A DNA stretch of 41,535 bases, taken from a virus. Its lineage: Duplodnaviria > Heunggongvirae > Uroviricota > Caudoviricetes. Positions 11,250 through 25,752 of this stretch are shown here, in pieces (the stretch's first letter is position 1; every line of letters starts with the position of its first letter). The notes below the pieces were generated by a model. The model did not search any database and was not told the origin of the DNA. It saw only the letters and a list, made by a program, of their open reading frames with translations. The DNA is taken from the IMG/VR virus record IMGVR_UViG_2541047945_000010. The stretch is one strand, 5' to 3'. Position numbers and translations under genes: made by a program.

Positions 11250-11921
11250 TCAGCGACCAATCACCACAACCTGACCACCGTCCCCTTCGTCTGCCGTGCT
11301 GATCTCCTGAGAAACCACGCGAGACCCCACGCGCATTTCCCCGTACAGAACAGGCAGAACATTGCCCTGGGCAACCATGTTATCCAGTGAGGAGAAATAG
11401 GTGTTCTGCTTACCGTTATCCGTTGTCTGTGTACGGGGAGTTCTGGCTTTCGGTGCCAGCATCTGCGCCACACCACCGAGCACCATACTGGCACCGAGAG
11501 AAAACAGGATGCCGGTCATACCACCGGTCCCAATGGCTGCCCCCCATGCTGCAAGGGTGGCTCCGGCGGTAAAGAATGATCCGGCAATGGCGGCAGCCCC
11601 CAGGACAATCTGGAATACGCCACCTGACTTGGCCCCGGCGACTCTGGGAACAATATGAATCACAGCGCCATCAGGCAGAGTCTCATGTAACTGCGCCGTT
11701 AACCCGGACGTGCTGACGTCCCGCCCGGCAATCCGTACCTGATACCAGCCGTCGCTCAGTTTCTGACGAAACGCCGGGAGCTGTGTGGCCAGTGCCCGGA
11801 TGGCTTCAGCCCCCGTTTTCACACGAAGGTCGATGCGGCGACCAAATCGTTGTAAATCCCCGTAAAGGCAGATGCGCGCCATGCCCGGTGACGCCAGAGG
11901 GAGTGTGTGCGTCGCTGCCAT
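11250..11921 (-). CDS. I: tail assembly protein I
   Basis: 223 aa (same as lambda I), overlaps K; Gly/Ala-rich hydrophobic C-terminal half. Confidence 0.9.
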   Translation of the reverse strand: MAATHTLPLASPGMARICLYGDLQRFGRRIDLRVKTGAEAIRALATQLPAFRQKLSDGWYQVRIAGRDVSTSGLTAQLHETLPDGAVIHIVPRVAGAKSGGVFQIVLGAAAIAGSFFTAGATLAAWGAAIGTGGMTGILFSLGASMVLGGVAQMLAPKARTPRTQTTDNGKQNTYFSSLDNMVAQGNVLPVLYGEMRVGSRVVSQEISTADEGDGGQVVVIGR

Positions 11922-12562
11922 TTGTCGGTGTACCTCTCTCGTTTGCTCAGTTGTTCAGGAATATGGTGCAGCAGCTCGCCGTCGCCGCAGTAAATTGCGG
12001 CGTGATTCGGCACTGATGAACCAAAACAGCACAGCAGCACATCGCCCGGCTGTGCCGCTGACAACGGCACCTGATACAGCCCCGTCGCCTCCAGATTATC
12101 CAGATAGAGATTCTGGCCGTTACGCCACCAGTCATCCTCACGATAAAAGTCCGGCATCTCAATCCCCGCCAGATGATAAGCATCCCGGAACAGTGTGTAA
12201 CAGTCCGTCACACCGTGCTCAAAGCGCCGCCCGGTGAGATGCGGCACACAGCGGAACTTATGAATCGTCCCCCGGCAGACCAGCCACCACGGCAAATCAC
12301 TCTGCACCTGCAGCCGCCGGTCGGCCTCACTCAGCCAGGGCAGACCACCGGGGTGGCTGTGGACCAGCGCCACAATCTCACCCTGCATTTCTGCCTGCAG
12401 CCAGTCTTCCGGCGACATACGGAAATACGCCTCCGGCTCACCGGAGATATTCACGCAGGGAAAATATCTTTCCCCCTCCGGCGTGCTTACCACGAAGCCG
12501 CACGACTCCGCTGGCGCACATCGCCGGGCGTGCGCCAGAATCGCTGATTCTGTCTGTGTCAT
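11819..12562 (-). CDS. K: tail assembly protein K (JAB/MPN plus NlpC/P60-like domains)
   Basis: ORF of 247 aa containing HSHP JAMM-like motif; lambda K is usually annotated shorter (start near the internal Met at about 12421), so the true start is uncertain. Confidence 0.85.
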   Translation of the reverse strand: MTQTESAILAHARRCAPAESCGFVVSTPEGERYFPCVNISGEPEAYFRMSPEDWLQAEMQGEIVALVHSHPGGLPWLSEADRRLQVQSDLPWWLVCRGTIHKFRCVPHLTGRRFEHGVTDCYTLFRDAYHLAGIEMPDFYREDDWWRNGQNLYLDNLEATGLYQVPLSAAQPGDVLLCCFGSSVPNHAAIYCGDGELLHHIPEQLSKRERYTDKWQRRTHSLWRHRAWRASAFTGIYNDLVAASTFV

Positions 12563-12567
12563 GGGAT

Positions 12568-13266
12568 TTACTGCGAAAGTTTGTTAATGGAAAGGAAGCC
12601 GCCAAAGTTGCCGACGTTATTGCGGAACTTACAACCGCTCAGGCATTTGCTGCATTTATCCTTCGTGATATCGGACGTTGGCTGGTCATATTCATCCGCG
12701 ACAGCCGGACCGCTATAACCGCACTCGTCACCGCGATAGGTCCAGGTGCAGGTGTTGGCCAGCATGATACGTCCCGGAAAAACAGCGCCATCCGTTTCCG
12801 TCGGCGTGGACAGTACAAAGGAGGCACTCACCGCGCTCAGTTCGCTGCACTGCTCAATGCGCCAGCGGCTGATCACCTCCTGCTCCGGATCGGCGTAACT
12901 GTTTCCGTTGACGAAGTTCACCGCATCCAGAAAACGGGCGTAAACCTTACGCCGGACCACCGTTCCGCCGACCAGACTCTGCATATCTTCCGCCATCCCG
13001 GTGACCATACCGTACAGGTTAGAAACCGTCAGCGTGGGGCGCGTACTGGTGCCTTTGCCATTCAGTTCAAAACCGCTCCCCTGAATGGGATACGGCTGAT
13101 ACTGTCGCCCCTGCCAGGTGACCGGCTCACCTTTTTCGTTCTGCTCATTACAGAAAAAATAACGTTCTCCACCGACCTCTGTCAGGTCGATTTCCCAGAG
13201 CACCACGCTGGCCGACTGCTCCGCACGGGTGCATTCATTCAGTGTTTCCTGCCGGATATCCTGCAT
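12568..13266 (-). CDS. L: minor tail protein L
   Basis: 232 aa, same length and position as lambda L. Confidence 0.9.
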   Translation of the reverse strand: MQDIRQETLNECTRAEQSASVVLWEIDLTEVGGERYFFCNEQNEKGEPVTWQGRQYQPYPIQGSGFELNGKGTSTRPTLTVSNLYGMVTGMAEDMQSLVGGTVVRRKVYARFLDAVNFVNGNSYADPEQEVISRWRIEQCSELSAVSASFVLSTPTETDGAVFPGRIMLANTCTWTYRGDECGYSGPAVADEYDQPTSDITKDKCSKCLSGCKFRNNVGNFGGFLSINKLSQ

Positions 13267-13595
13267 CAGTTCACCACCTGTTCAAACTCTGCGCTGAACT
13301 CAACACGCAACATACTGACCTGCGACGACCATTTTGCGCAGGTCACCTTTATCTGCCGCCACTCATAAGGCGGCGTCCACAGAAAGGATTTCCAGCCCCC
13401 GTGCTCTTCCAGAAACGACTCCAGTACCGTGGCCTCCTCACGGGGGACAGAAAGCGTCACGCTGTACGTTTTCAGGTTGGCATTCAGCCCGGCAGGCGCT
13501 CGCTGAGAATAGCCATCACCAAAGCGCACCTTTCTTACAGAAGGGACCGAAGCCACATCCATACCGGGTTTCACTTTCCAGCGGAAGGTCTTCAT
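13266..13595 (-). CDS. M: minor tail protein M
   Basis: 109 aa, same length and position as lambda M; overlaps L and H by 1-4 nt. Confidence 0.9.
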   Translation of the reverse strand: MKTFRWKVKPGMDVASVPSVRKVRFGDGYSQRAPAGLNANLKTYSVTLSVPREEATVLESFLEEHGGWKSFLWTPPYEWRQIKVTCAKWSSQVSMLRVEFSAEFEQVVN

Positions 13596-15925
13596 CGTCC
13601 ACCTCCGGAGAACAGGCCACCATCACGCATCTGTGTCTGAATTTCATCACGGGCACCCTTGCGGGCCATGTCATACACCGCCTTCAGAGCAGCCGGACCT
13701 ATCTGCCCGTTCGTGCCGTCGTTGTTAATCACCACATGGTTATTCTGCTCAAACGTCCCGGACGCCTGCGACCGGCTGTCTGCCATGCTGCCCGGTGTAC
13801 CGACATAACCGCCGGTGGCATAGCCGCGCATCAGCCGGTAAAGATTCCCCACGCCAATCCGGCTGGTTGCCTCCTTCGTGAAGACAAATTCACCACGGTG
13901 AACAATCCCCGCTGGCTCATATTTGCCGCCGGTTCCCGTAAATCCTCCGGTTGCAAAATGGAATTTCGCCGCAGCGGCCTGAATGGCTGTACCGCCTGAC
14001 GCGGATGCGCCGCCACCAACAGCCCCGCCAATGGCGCTGCCGATACTCCCGACAATCCCCACCATTGCCTGCTTAAGCAGAATTTCTGTCATCATGGACA
14101 GCACGGAACGGGTGAAGCTGCGCCAGTTCTGCTCACTGCCGGTCAGCATCGCCGCCATATTCTGCGCAATACCATCAAAGGTCTGCGCGGCTGCACTTTT
14201 AACCTGCGACATACTGTCCGTGGCGCTCTCTTCCCACTCACTCCAGCCGGACTTCAGGCCTGCCATCCAGCTCCCGCGAAGCTGGTCTTCAGCCGCCCAG
14301 GTCTTTTTCTGCTCTGACATGACGTTATTCAGCGCCAGCGGATTATCGCCATACTGTTCCTTCAGGCGCTGTTCCGTGGCTTCCCGCGCTGCCTGCCGGT
14401 CAGTCAGCCCCCGGCTTTTCGCATCAATGGCGGCCCGTTTTGCCCGTTGCTGCTGTGCGAATTTATCCGCCTGCTGCGCCAGCGCGTTCAGGCGCTCCTG
14501 ATACGTAACCTTGTCGCCAAGTGCAGCCAGCTGGCGTTTGTACTCCAGCGTCTCATCTTTATGCGCCAGCAGGGATTTCTCCTGTGCAGACAGCTGGCGA
14601 CGTTGCGCCGCCTCCTCCAGTACCGCGAACTGACTCTCCGCCTTCCACAAATCCCGGCGCTGCTGGCTGATTTTCTCATTTGCTCCGGCATGCTTCTCCA
14701 GCGTCCGGAGTTCTGCCTGAAGCGTCAGCAGGGCAGCATGAGCACTGTCTTCCTGACGATCGCCCGCAGACACCTTCACGCCGGACTGTTTCGGCTTTTT
14801 CAGCGTCGCTTCATAGTCCTTTTTCGCCGCCGCCATCAGCGTGTTGTAATCTGCCTGCAGAATTTTCCCGTCCTTCAGTGCCTTGTTCAGTTCTTCCTGA
14901 CGGGCGGTATATTTCTCCAGCGGCGTCTGCAGGCGTTCGTAAGCCTTCTGCGCCTCTTCGGTATATTTCAGCCGTGATGCTTCGGTATCACTCTGCTGCT
15001 GCGCATTTTTGTCCTGTTGAGTCTGCTGTTCAGCCTTCTTTCGGGCGGCTTCAAGCGCAAGACGGGCCTTTTCACGATCATCCCAGTAACGCGCCCGCGC
15101 TTCATCGTTAACAAAATAATCATCCTTGCGCAGATTCCAGATGTCGTCCGCTTTCTTAAACGCTGCTTCGGCTTTCTCCAGCATTTCCTGAGCGGTATCA
15201 GGACGACCAATATCCAGCACCGCATCCCACATGGATTTGAATGCCCGTGCTGTCTTGCCTGCCCAGGTCTCCAGCGTGCCCATGTTCTCTTTCAGGCGGC
15301 GGGTCTGGTCATCAAACCCCTGTGTTGCGGCCTCGTTCGCCGCCTGCAATGCCCCGGCTTCATCGCCGGAACGCTGCAACTGAGCAACATACGCAATCTG
15401 CTCCGCCGTCACGTTATGGAACTGGCGTGCCATCGCCGTCAACCCCGACTGATTGCCGGAAAGGACCAGCGTTTTGTTGAAATCGGACAGGGTTGAGTTG
15501 CCCTGATACCAGGCATACGCCAGCGCACCGGTCGCCACCGCCAGCGAGGTGGCCCCCACCATCGGCAGGGTGATCGCACCGGCAAGCCCCCGGAACATGG
15601 GGATCATCCCGCCGAAGGAGTCCTTCACCTGACCCCTCTGTTGCAGCAGGATCAGCCACGGACTTTGCCCGCCTGCAAGCTGCGTGGCCACGTCAGTGAA
15701 CTGCGCAGGCAGCATACGCATGGCGGCTTTATACTGCCCGACGGAAATTCCCGCTTTCTGTGCAGCCAGCGCCTGCCGGTTCATCGACTGTTCAACGACT
15801 GCCGCTGTTTTTTTCGCATCACTTTCCGTACCGGAAAAATGACGCCTGACTCTGGCCATCTGCTCGTCAAATCTGGCCGCATCCAGACTCAAATCAACGA
15901 CCAGATCGCCTACCGGTTCAGCCAT
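13592..15925 (-). CDS. H: tail tape measure protein H
   Basis: 777 aa, coiled-coil-rich (many A/Q/E/K/R), Gly-rich C-terminal segment; position between T and M. Confidence 0.9.
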   Translation of the reverse strand: MAEPVGDLVVDLSLDAARFDEQMARVRRHFSGTESDAKKTAAVVEQSMNRQALAAQKAGISVGQYKAAMRMLPAQFTDVATQLAGGQSPWLILLQQRGQVKDSFGGMIPMFRGLAGAITLPMVGATSLAVATGALAYAWYQGNSTLSDFNKTLVLSGNQSGLTAMARQFHNVTAEQIAYVAQLQRSGDEAGALQAANEAATQGFDDQTRRLKENMGTLETWAGKTARAFKSMWDAVLDIGRPDTAQEMLEKAEAAFKKADDIWNLRKDDYFVNDEARARYWDDREKARLALEAARKKAEQQTQQDKNAQQQSDTEASRLKYTEEAQKAYERLQTPLEKYTARQEELNKALKDGKILQADYNTLMAAAKKDYEATLKKPKQSGVKVSAGDRQEDSAHAALLTLQAELRTLEKHAGANEKISQQRRDLWKAESQFAVLEEAAQRRQLSAQEKSLLAHKDETLEYKRQLAALGDKVTYQERLNALAQQADKFAQQQRAKRAAIDAKSRGLTDRQAAREATEQRLKEQYGDNPLALNNVMSEQKKTWAAEDQLRGSWMAGLKSGWSEWEESATDSMSQVKSAAAQTFDGIAQNMAAMLTGSEQNWRSFTRSVLSMMTEILLKQAMVGIVGSIGSAIGGAVGGGASASGGTAIQAAAAKFHFATGGFTGTGGKYEPAGIVHRGEFVFTKEATSRIGVGNLYRLMRGYATGGYVGTPGSMADSRSQASGTFEQNNHVVINNDGTNGQIGPAALKAVYDMARKGARDEIQTQMRDGGLFSGGGR

Positions 15926-16352
15926 ACCGGACTCCTCCTGCGATCCCTTCTGATACTGTCATCAGCATTACGTCATCCTCCGTCATGTCCGCCACATCCG
16001 GGGAAGTAGGGATAACTTCATTCCCGTCCGGGCCAAAACGAACGCCTCCGGCAAGCCCTGCCGCTTTCTGCATCAGCACATCATCTTCAGGCTCTTCGTC
16101 AGCCTCACGCCGGTTAAGCAGACTGAAATCCAGCGGATGCATATCCGGATCGCTGAAAAACAGGCTGAGCACGGTGTACGTCAGCCCGGAAAAGTGCATA
16201 TCCAGCAGAACATCATGAAAATAATGGGTACTGTAAAAGCGGTGCCAGTCGGCATACTCCGTGGATGACATCCCGGCAAGCATGGCACGCCAGTCGGGTC
16301 GCCCCATCTCACGCGCCAGTTTCAGGGCAAAACTCAGCTCACCGTCGAACAC
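15918..16352 (-). CDS. T: tail assembly chaperone T segment (expressed as G-T fusion by -1 frameshift)
   Basis: Open frame in -1 relative to G, starting inside the G 3' end; no independent start expected. Confidence 0.8.
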   Translation of the reverse strand: MFDGELSFALKLAREMGRPDWRAMLAGMSSTEYADWHRFYSTHYFHDVLLDMHFSGLTYTVLSLFFSDPDMHPLDFSLLNRREADEEPEDDVLMQKAAGLAGGVRFGPDGNEVIPTSPDVADMTEDDVMLMTVSEGIAGGVRYG

Positions 16353-16756
16353 TTTCCCGCAGAAACAGGCTCTGCAGGCCCGGCGTCCTCTGCCTGTTCA
16401 GGGGTATTATTCACAACAAACTCATACATACCGGACAGCCGGTACACCACGTTTTCAGCATGAGAAATTGCCTCTGTGGGCCAGGTGGTAAGCACTTCCT
16501 GCTCAATCTGTTTAACGGCTTCATTCATGGAAGGCAGCTTTGTCTTCTTCGGATGGTTATGCCACAGGGACATCGCCACCAGAAACGCGCCGGTTCTGAT
16601 GGCGTCTTCCACAGTAAACTTCCGGTTGCTGTCTGACTCCGCCTGTTCTGCCTGCCGTTTCATCAGGGCGAGATGCTCAATACGCTGCAGGGCTGACAGT
16701 TCAGAAAGCGTGACGGTCACACCGTTATGTTCAAATGATTCGGTTTTCAGGAACAT
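16334..16756 (-). CDS. G: tail assembly chaperone G
   Basis: 140 aa (same as lambda G), directly upstream of T and downstream of V. Confidence 0.85.
   Translation of the reverse strand: MFLKTESFEHNGVTVTLSELSALQRIEHLALMKRQAEQAESDSNRKFTVEDAIRTGAFLVAMSLWHNHPKKTKLPSMNEAVKQIEQEVLTTWPTEAISHAENVVYRLSGMYEFVVNNTPEQAEDAGPAEPVSAGKCSTVS
16352..16358 (-). promoter_or_regulatory. programmed -1 ribosomal frameshift slippery heptamer GGGAAAG (G to G-T)
   Basis: Minus-strand GGGAAAG (plus strand ctttccc at 16352..16358), 8 codons before the G stop, at the G/T frame overlap; same heptamer as in lambda. Confidence 0.65.
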
Positions 16757-16771
16757 CTCTGACTCTCCGGA

Positions 16772-17542
16772 TTAACTGGCGGTGACGTTGATTTCTGCAA
16801 CCGCAGCAAACTCACCATTACCAGATACGACCGGAATGTTGACCTTGCCTGCAGCAACACCTTTCACGGTGATGGTCATACCACTGACCGACACGGTGGC
16901 TTTTGTTTTATCCGCAGACACCGCACGGAAGCTCTTGTCGGTTGCGCCCTCCGGCTGGAATGCCACGGTCAGCGTGGTGCTCTGCCCTTTCACTACGGAA
17001 GCGCTGGCGGGTGTCACCGTCATGCCGGTTGTCGCCGTCACCGTGCTGCGATCTTCTGCCATCGACGGACGTCCCACATTGGTGATCTTCACCGTGCGGG
17101 TAATCACTTCCTTCGCCGTCACCGCCTTACCGATACTGCTGACCCAGCCACGGAACACATCGACCGTGCCGTTCGGGAAGCGGATTTTATAGGCACGGGT
17201 ATCACCTTCATTAAACCACGCCAGCAGCGCCTGCTGCCCCTGCTCTCCGGGCATCCACGCCAGCGTGAAGCTGGTATCTCCGGCAGATTTCTGCCCCTGC
17301 CCGGTCGCAGTCCAGTCTGCATCTTCATCATCGAGATAGCTGTCGTCATAGGACTCAGCGGTCAGTTCGCCGGGCGTCAGGTCTTTAACTTTTGCCAGAC
17401 GCGACCAGTCAACGTCTGAAAGCGGATTCGCATAAGGGTCACCGCTCCCCTTATAAACCCACAGGGTGGTCCCGGCACCTTTCACCGGCATTGTAGGATT
17501 TGGTACAGGCATAGCGTCCTCACATTTCATAGGTAATGACAT
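16772..17542 (-). CDS. V: major tail tube protein V with C-terminal Ig-like (Big_2-type) domain
   Basis: 256 aa; C-terminal segment ...[31 protein letters not shown]... is Ig-like. Confidence 0.9.
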   Translation of the reverse strand: MSLPMKCEDAMPVPNPTMPVKGAGTTLWVYKGSGDPYANPLSDVDWSRLAKVKDLTPGELTAESYDDSYLDDEDADWTATGQGQKSAGDTSFTLAWMPGEQGQQALLAWFNEGDTRAYKIRFPNGTVDVFRGWVSSIGKAVTAKEVITRTVKITNVGRPSMAEDRSTVTATTGMTVTPASASVVKGQSTTLTVAFQPEGATDKSFRAVSADKTKATVSVSGMTITVKGVAAGKVNIPVVSGNGEFAAVAEINVTAS

Positions 17543-17915
17543 AAGTCAGATCGGCTGAACTCCACAGGCCCGCATCATCGTCGCGCCGGTAGTCATAGCC
17601 GCTGGCCACCATACTGGTGATCAAATCTGACAGTGCCGGGATATCACTCATCACCGGATAAATCCGGGACTCCATCCACGCATCCAGCTCTGAATCCGGC
17701 ACCTGAGCAGGCAGGAAAACTTCGATATGCAGCTCCGCCTGCCAGGTATCGCTGTCCAGCTCTTCGCCCGTGTATTCAGCGCCGGTGAGATAAACGGCAA
17801 CTGCCGGAAAATCCGCCTCATCAAAAACAGCGGGGCGACCATCAAAAAACGTCGCCCCGGTGTCATGCTTCTCTAGTGCATCCAGTACGGCTGCACGGAG
17901 TTCAGTATGTTTCAT
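17520..17915 (-). CDS. U: tail terminator protein U
   Basis: 131 aa, same as lambda U; overlaps V and Z. Confidence 0.9.
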   Translation of the reverse strand: MKHTELRAAVLDALEKHDTGATFFDGRPAVFDEADFPAVAVYLTGAEYTGEELDSDTWQAELHIEVFLPAQVPDSELDAWMESRIYPVMSDIPALSDLITSMVASGYDYRRDDDAGLWSSADLTYVITYEM

Positions 17916-18490
17916 CGCTTTATTACCATCCTCAGTTGATGCTGCAGCGCATAGCCCAGCTCTTTCGGAAGACGTTCACGCCGTATCCGCTCAATATTTT
18001 GTTTAAACGCCGTGGTCAGCGGCACCGCCATCGGGATTTTCACCACATCAATGGGGTAACGGTTTTTCCCGGCCACACGCTGCATGACATGCCACCGGCC
18101 ATTTTTCAGTTGCTGAATAAACGCGCCGGGAATACGACGGTTTCCCACCACAAGCACGCTGCCGCCACCTTTCAGGGATGAACGCTGCCCCTTTTTACGA
18201 CGTCTGCGGCGGGAAAGGACAACCCGCGCGTTACCCAGCTTGATTACGGGCAAATCCCCCCGGTTAACCCTGATTCTGGCCTGCGGATTTTTGACCGTGG
18301 CCCTTTTCAGCCTGGCCCTTTCCTTTACCAGTTTCCGGCGTACCTTTGTCTCACGGGCAACCTGTGACGCCGACTGCGATATCGCGGATGAAGCAACGCG
18401 GTTAATGGCCATTGCGGCGGCACCGGGCACCGCCGTTCTGCTGATACGGCTGAGGTTTTCAACGGCCTGCTCAAGACCTTTTATGGCCAT
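17912..18490 (-). CDS. Z: tail completion protein Z
   Basis: 192 aa, same as lambda Z. Confidence 0.9.
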   Translation of the reverse strand: MAIKGLEQAVENLSRISRTAVPGAAAMAINRVASSAISQSASQVARETKVRRKLVKERARLKRATVKNPQARIRVNRGDLPVIKLGNARVVLSRRRRRKKGQRSSLKGGGSVLVVGNRRIPGAFIQQLKNGRWHVMQRVAGKNRYPIDVVKIPMAVPLTTAFKQNIERIRRERLPKELGYALQHQLRMVIKR

Positions 18491-18501
18491 ACATCCCCCT
18501 T

Positions 18502-18855
18502 TCAGCGGCGACGGTTAACGGCAGGCGGTACGCCCCGCCCAAGCCAGAGATGACAGCTTCCGCCATCATCCGGCGAAACCCGGTCTATCCAGAAGTTTTC
18601 CTCACCGATGGTCAGCGTGTCTCCACGCCGCAGTTGCCGCACATCATCAGTCCGGACAAACAGGGACGGGCTGGAGCCTTCAACGCGCACGCCCTGTCCG
18701 GCATAGCTGATATTTTCAGGGTCATCAAAAACACCACGTATTACTGCGCCGGACTGCTCACCGGATGTCATGGTGGCTGACGTTCCCATGTACCCGCGTA
18801 TCGTTTCATCGGCGCGGGCAATGGCAGCATCGAACAGGTTATCGAAATCAGCCAC
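18502..18855 (-). CDS. FII: head-tail joining protein FII
   Basis: 117 aa, same as lambda FII. Confidence 0.9.
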   Translation of the reverse strand: MADFDNLFDAAIARADETIRGYMGTSATMTSGEQSGAVIRGVFDDPENISYAGQGVRVEGSSPSLFVRTDDVRQLRRGDTLTIGEENFWIDRVSPDDGGSCHLWLGRGVPPAVNRRR

Positions 18856-18866
18856 AGTGCCTCCCG

Positions 18867-19262
18867 TTATTGCATTCTGGCCAGGCCACGTTCTGTCATT
18901 TCGGCTGCCACACCGGCAGAGACACGAAACGCCGTTCCCGGCAGCACAAATGCCACAGCCTCATCCCGCGTGGCGTGAAGTGCATCGGTATGCAGCGTCA
19001 CCAGTGCCACAACCGTGACCAGAGCAGCCGTATCAGTCACGGTATCCGTCTGTGCTGATACCACCTCATTTTCATGTCCGGTCAGCGCATTTTCCGGGCT
19101 GACAGACGTGTCCTGACCGGCTGCGTCATCCGTGTCATCAAGCTCCTCTTCCAGCTCTGCCACACGGAGCGCCAGTTCTTCTTTCGTCCCCGTCAGGCTG
19201 ACATCACGGTTCAGTTGCTCACCCAGCGACCGGAGACGGGCAATCAGTTCATCTTTCGTCAT
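18867..19262 (-). CDS. FI: DNA packaging protein FI
   Basis: ORF 18867..19301; product from the internal ATG at 19262 (MTKDELIARLRSLGEQLNRDVSLTGTKEELALRVAEL...) matches lambda FI as recalled. Confidence 0.85.
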   Translation of the reverse strand: MTKDELIARLRSLGEQLNRDVSLTGTKEELALRVAELEEELDDTDDAAGQDTSVSPENALTGHENEVVSAQTDTVTDTAALVTVVALVTLHTDALHATRDEAVAFVLPGTAFRVSAGVAAEMTERGLARMQ

Positions 19263-19303
19263 GGACTCCTCCACAGAGAGAAAATGGCCCCGAAGGGCCA
19301 TGA

Positions 19304-20329
19304 TTACGCCAGTTGAACGGACACGAACTCATCAGGATCAGCCAGCAGCATCAGCGGTGCTGACTGAATCATGGTGAACTCTCGCGCCGGATCGCCGGAT
19401 GTCTTCCAGTTTTTCGGATAACGGGGAGACGCATTAATACCCTCACTCAATGCATCCGCATCCTGAATACAGCCATAGGTGCGCAGACCGCGTGCATGAG
19501 TGTTACCCAGCACCATCGTGTTGTCCGGCAGGAAGTTCTTTTTGACGCCGTTTTCCACGTACTGTCCGGAATACACGACGATGGCCACATCTCCATACAT
19601 TCCCTTATAAGACACCGCTTTGCCCAGGTCTTTTACCGCTGTCTCCAGTTCGGAATGAGAGCCGCGACGGGTATCCAGCTTCTCCCTGACGGCTTTGAAG
19701 GAACGGAACAGCGCCCAGCCTTTCGGATCAAACACGATGATATTCACCACGCCGCTGGCGTTCAGCGCGTAGGCTTCGATATCGTCGGTCGGATCATACG
19801 TGGACTTGTCACGCTTGCTCCACTCCGTGCCGCCGGACTGCGTGATGTTGTTGGCCGCACTGCGGCCCATATCCACCTCAACCGGATCGAAGGCTTCACC
19901 AGTCATGGTGTATTTGCCCTTGAGCACGGCAGAAACGGCCTGCATCTCTTCGACCTGAGCAATGGCCAGCTCTTCGTCACGCATGTTCTGCATGATGATG
20001 CGACGGCGGCGGTAAGCCGGGTCCGCCAGATTCTGCGGATCTTCATCCGGCAGGCGACGCAGGGTCATCTGCGGATTCACCTCATGCTTGGGTTTGACAT
20101 ATCCCGGCGTAAATTCAGAGGTGGAGCCGCCACGGGAGCGGATAACCTCACCGGAAACAATCGGCGAAACGTACAGCGCCATGTTTACCAGTCCCGGAAT
20201 TTGTGAGAGATAGACTTTCTCCGTAGTGAAGGGATAGCTCTCACGGAAAAAGAGACGCAGAAACAGCGGATCAAACTTAAATTTCTGCTCATTTGCCGCC
20301 AGCAGCTGGGCGGTTGTGTACATCGACAT
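19304..20329 (-). CDS. E: major capsid protein E
   Basis: 341 aa (same as lambda E), MSMYTTAQLLAANEQKFKFDPLFLRLFFRESYPFTTEKVYLSQIPGLVNMALYVSP... Confidence 0.95.
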   Translation of the reverse strand: MSMYTTAQLLAANEQKFKFDPLFLRLFFRESYPFTTEKVYLSQIPGLVNMALYVSPIVSGEVIRSRGGSTSEFTPGYVKPKHEVNPQMTLRRLPDEDPQNLADPAYRRRRIIMQNMRDEELAIAQVEEMQAVSAVLKGKYTMTGEAFDPVEVDMGRSAANNITQSGGTEWSKRDKSTYDPTDDIEAYALNASGVVNIIVFDPKGWALFRSFKAVREKLDTRRGSHSELETAVKDLGKAVSYKGMYGDVAIVVYSGQYVENGVKKNFLPDNTMVLGNTHARGLRTYGCIQDADALSEGINASPRYPKNWKTSGDPAREFTMIQSAPLMLLADPDEFVSVQLA

Positions 20330-20383
20330 AAAAAAATCCCGTAAAAAAGCCGCACAGGCGGCCTTTAGTGATGAAGGGTAAAG

Positions 20384-20716
20384 TTAAACGATGCTGATTG
20401 CCGTTCCGGCAAACGCGGTCCGTTTTTTCGTCTCGTCGCTGGCAGCCTCCGGCCAGAGCACATCCTCATAACGGAACGTGCCGGACTTGTAGAACGTCAG
20501 TGTGGTGCTGGTCTGGTCAGCAGCAACCGCAAGAATGCCAACGGCAGCACCGTCGGTGGTGCCATCCCACGCAACCAGCTTACGGGTGGAGGTGTCCAGC
20601 ATCAGCGGGGTCATTGCAGGCGCTTTCGCACTCAATCCGCCGGGCGCGGTTGCGGTATGAGCCGGGTCACTGTTGCCCAGCGGCTGGTAATGGGTAAAGG
20701 TTTCTTTGCTCGTCAT
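20384..20716 (-). CDS. D: head decoration protein D
   Basis: ORF 20384..20722; 110-aa product from ATG at 20716 ([12 protein letters not shown]...) matches lambda D. Confidence 0.9.
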   Translation of the reverse strand: MTSKETFTHYQPLGNSDPAHTATAPGGLSAKAPAMTPLMLDTSTRKLVAWDGTTDGAAVGILAVAADQTSTTLTFYKSGTFRYEDVLWPEAASDETKKRTAFAGTAISIV

Positions 20717-20725
20717 AAACATCCC

Positions 20726-22025
20726 TTACACTGGTGTGTTCAGCAAATCGTTAACGGCATCAGATGCCGGGTTACCTGCAGCCAGCGGTGCCGGTGCCCC
20801 CTGCATCAGACGATCCAGCGCAGTGTCACTGCGCGCCTGTGCACTCTGTGGTGCTGCGGCCAGAATGCGGCGGGCCGTTTCCACGGTCATACCGGGGGGT
20901 TCTGCCAGCACGCGGGCCTGTTCTTCGCGTCCGTGAGCCTCCTCACAGTTGAGGATCCCCATAATGCGGCTGTTTTCTGCCGCAACCGCAGCGGTGATCT
21001 GCGCGTTCACGTCCGGCTGCGCCGCGCTGGCGTTTTCGCCCTCCGTCGCTGGCACCACGTCAGTAACGTCAGCCTGCGAAGCAGTGGCTGAAACAGTTGT
21101 TGATTGAGTCTCTTTGGTCATTCGCCCTCCTGAGAGACGGGATTTACGTGCATCCAGTGCATCACGCATAACGGTGATCGCATCGGTGCTGTTGACAAGT
21201 TCATCAGCCAGTCCGGCATCAATGGCCTCCTGACCGCTGTACACTGCAGCCTCGGTATCCAGCACAGCCTGCACGGACAGGCCGGTATATGCCGACACCT
21301 TCTGCGCAAACATCCGGCGGGTTGCATCCATCCGGGACTGCAGTGTCTCCCGGACGTCATCCGGAAGATGGCTGTAGGGGTTGCCATCCACCTTATGGCT
21401 GCCGCTGTAAATCAGCGTGATTTCCACGCCCTGTTTCTCCAGCGCAGCACCGTAATTACTGTGAGCCATCATGACGCCGATGGAGCCTGTCCGGGCGGTC
21501 TGCGTGACCAGACGTCGGGAGGCGGCGCTGGCAAGCAGCTGACCTGCACTGCAGTTCATGTCGTTGGCCAGCGCCCATACCGGCTTTATGTCACGCACAC
21601 GGGCGATGATGTCAGCGCAGTCAAATGCCCCTGCCACCATCCCGCCTGGCGTATCCATATCGAGCAGAATGCCGTCCACCATCGGGTCGCTGGCAGCCTG
21701 TTGCAAACGGGCGATAATGCCGTTGTAACCGGTCATCCCCGAATACGGCTGCAGCGCCCGCGTCCGACTGACCAGCGTGCCGGACACCGGCAGCACGGCG
21801 ATGCCGTTCATGACCTGATAACTGCGGGCCTGTCGTGGTCCGTCATCATCAACGGATAACGCCAGCGCCGCGGGTGCCTCTCCGGCAGTCAGGCTGTCGC
21901 CGGATACCGCATCCGTCAGGCGGCTGATCCCAAGCTGGCCTGCAAGCGCACAAAAGAAAACCCGCGCATAGGCGGGTTCAAGCATCAGCGGCTCATTAAA
22001 GGCCATACTGGCAATATGCGGGAGA

Positions 22026-22045
<20 letters not shown>
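20726..22045 (-). CDS. C: capsid assembly protease C (ClpP/S49-like) with nested scaffold Nu3 in its C-terminal frame
   Basis: ORF 20726..22180; lambda-like N-terminus (V/M)TAELRNLPHIASMAFNEPLMLEP... begins at the GTG at 22045, giving about 439 aa; overlaps the end of B as in lambda. Confidence 0.85.

Positions 22046-25726
<3,681 letters not shown>

Positions 25727-25752
<26 letters not shown>

Noticed and set aside
12556-13368. 270-aa plus-strand ORF antisense to L and M
   Set aside because: Lies inside strongly supported tail genes on the opposite strand; no RBS and no motif.
19496-20206. 236-aa plus-strand ORF antisense to the major capsid gene E
   Set aside because: Antisense to a highly conserved capsid gene; Arg/His-rich composition typical of spurious frames.
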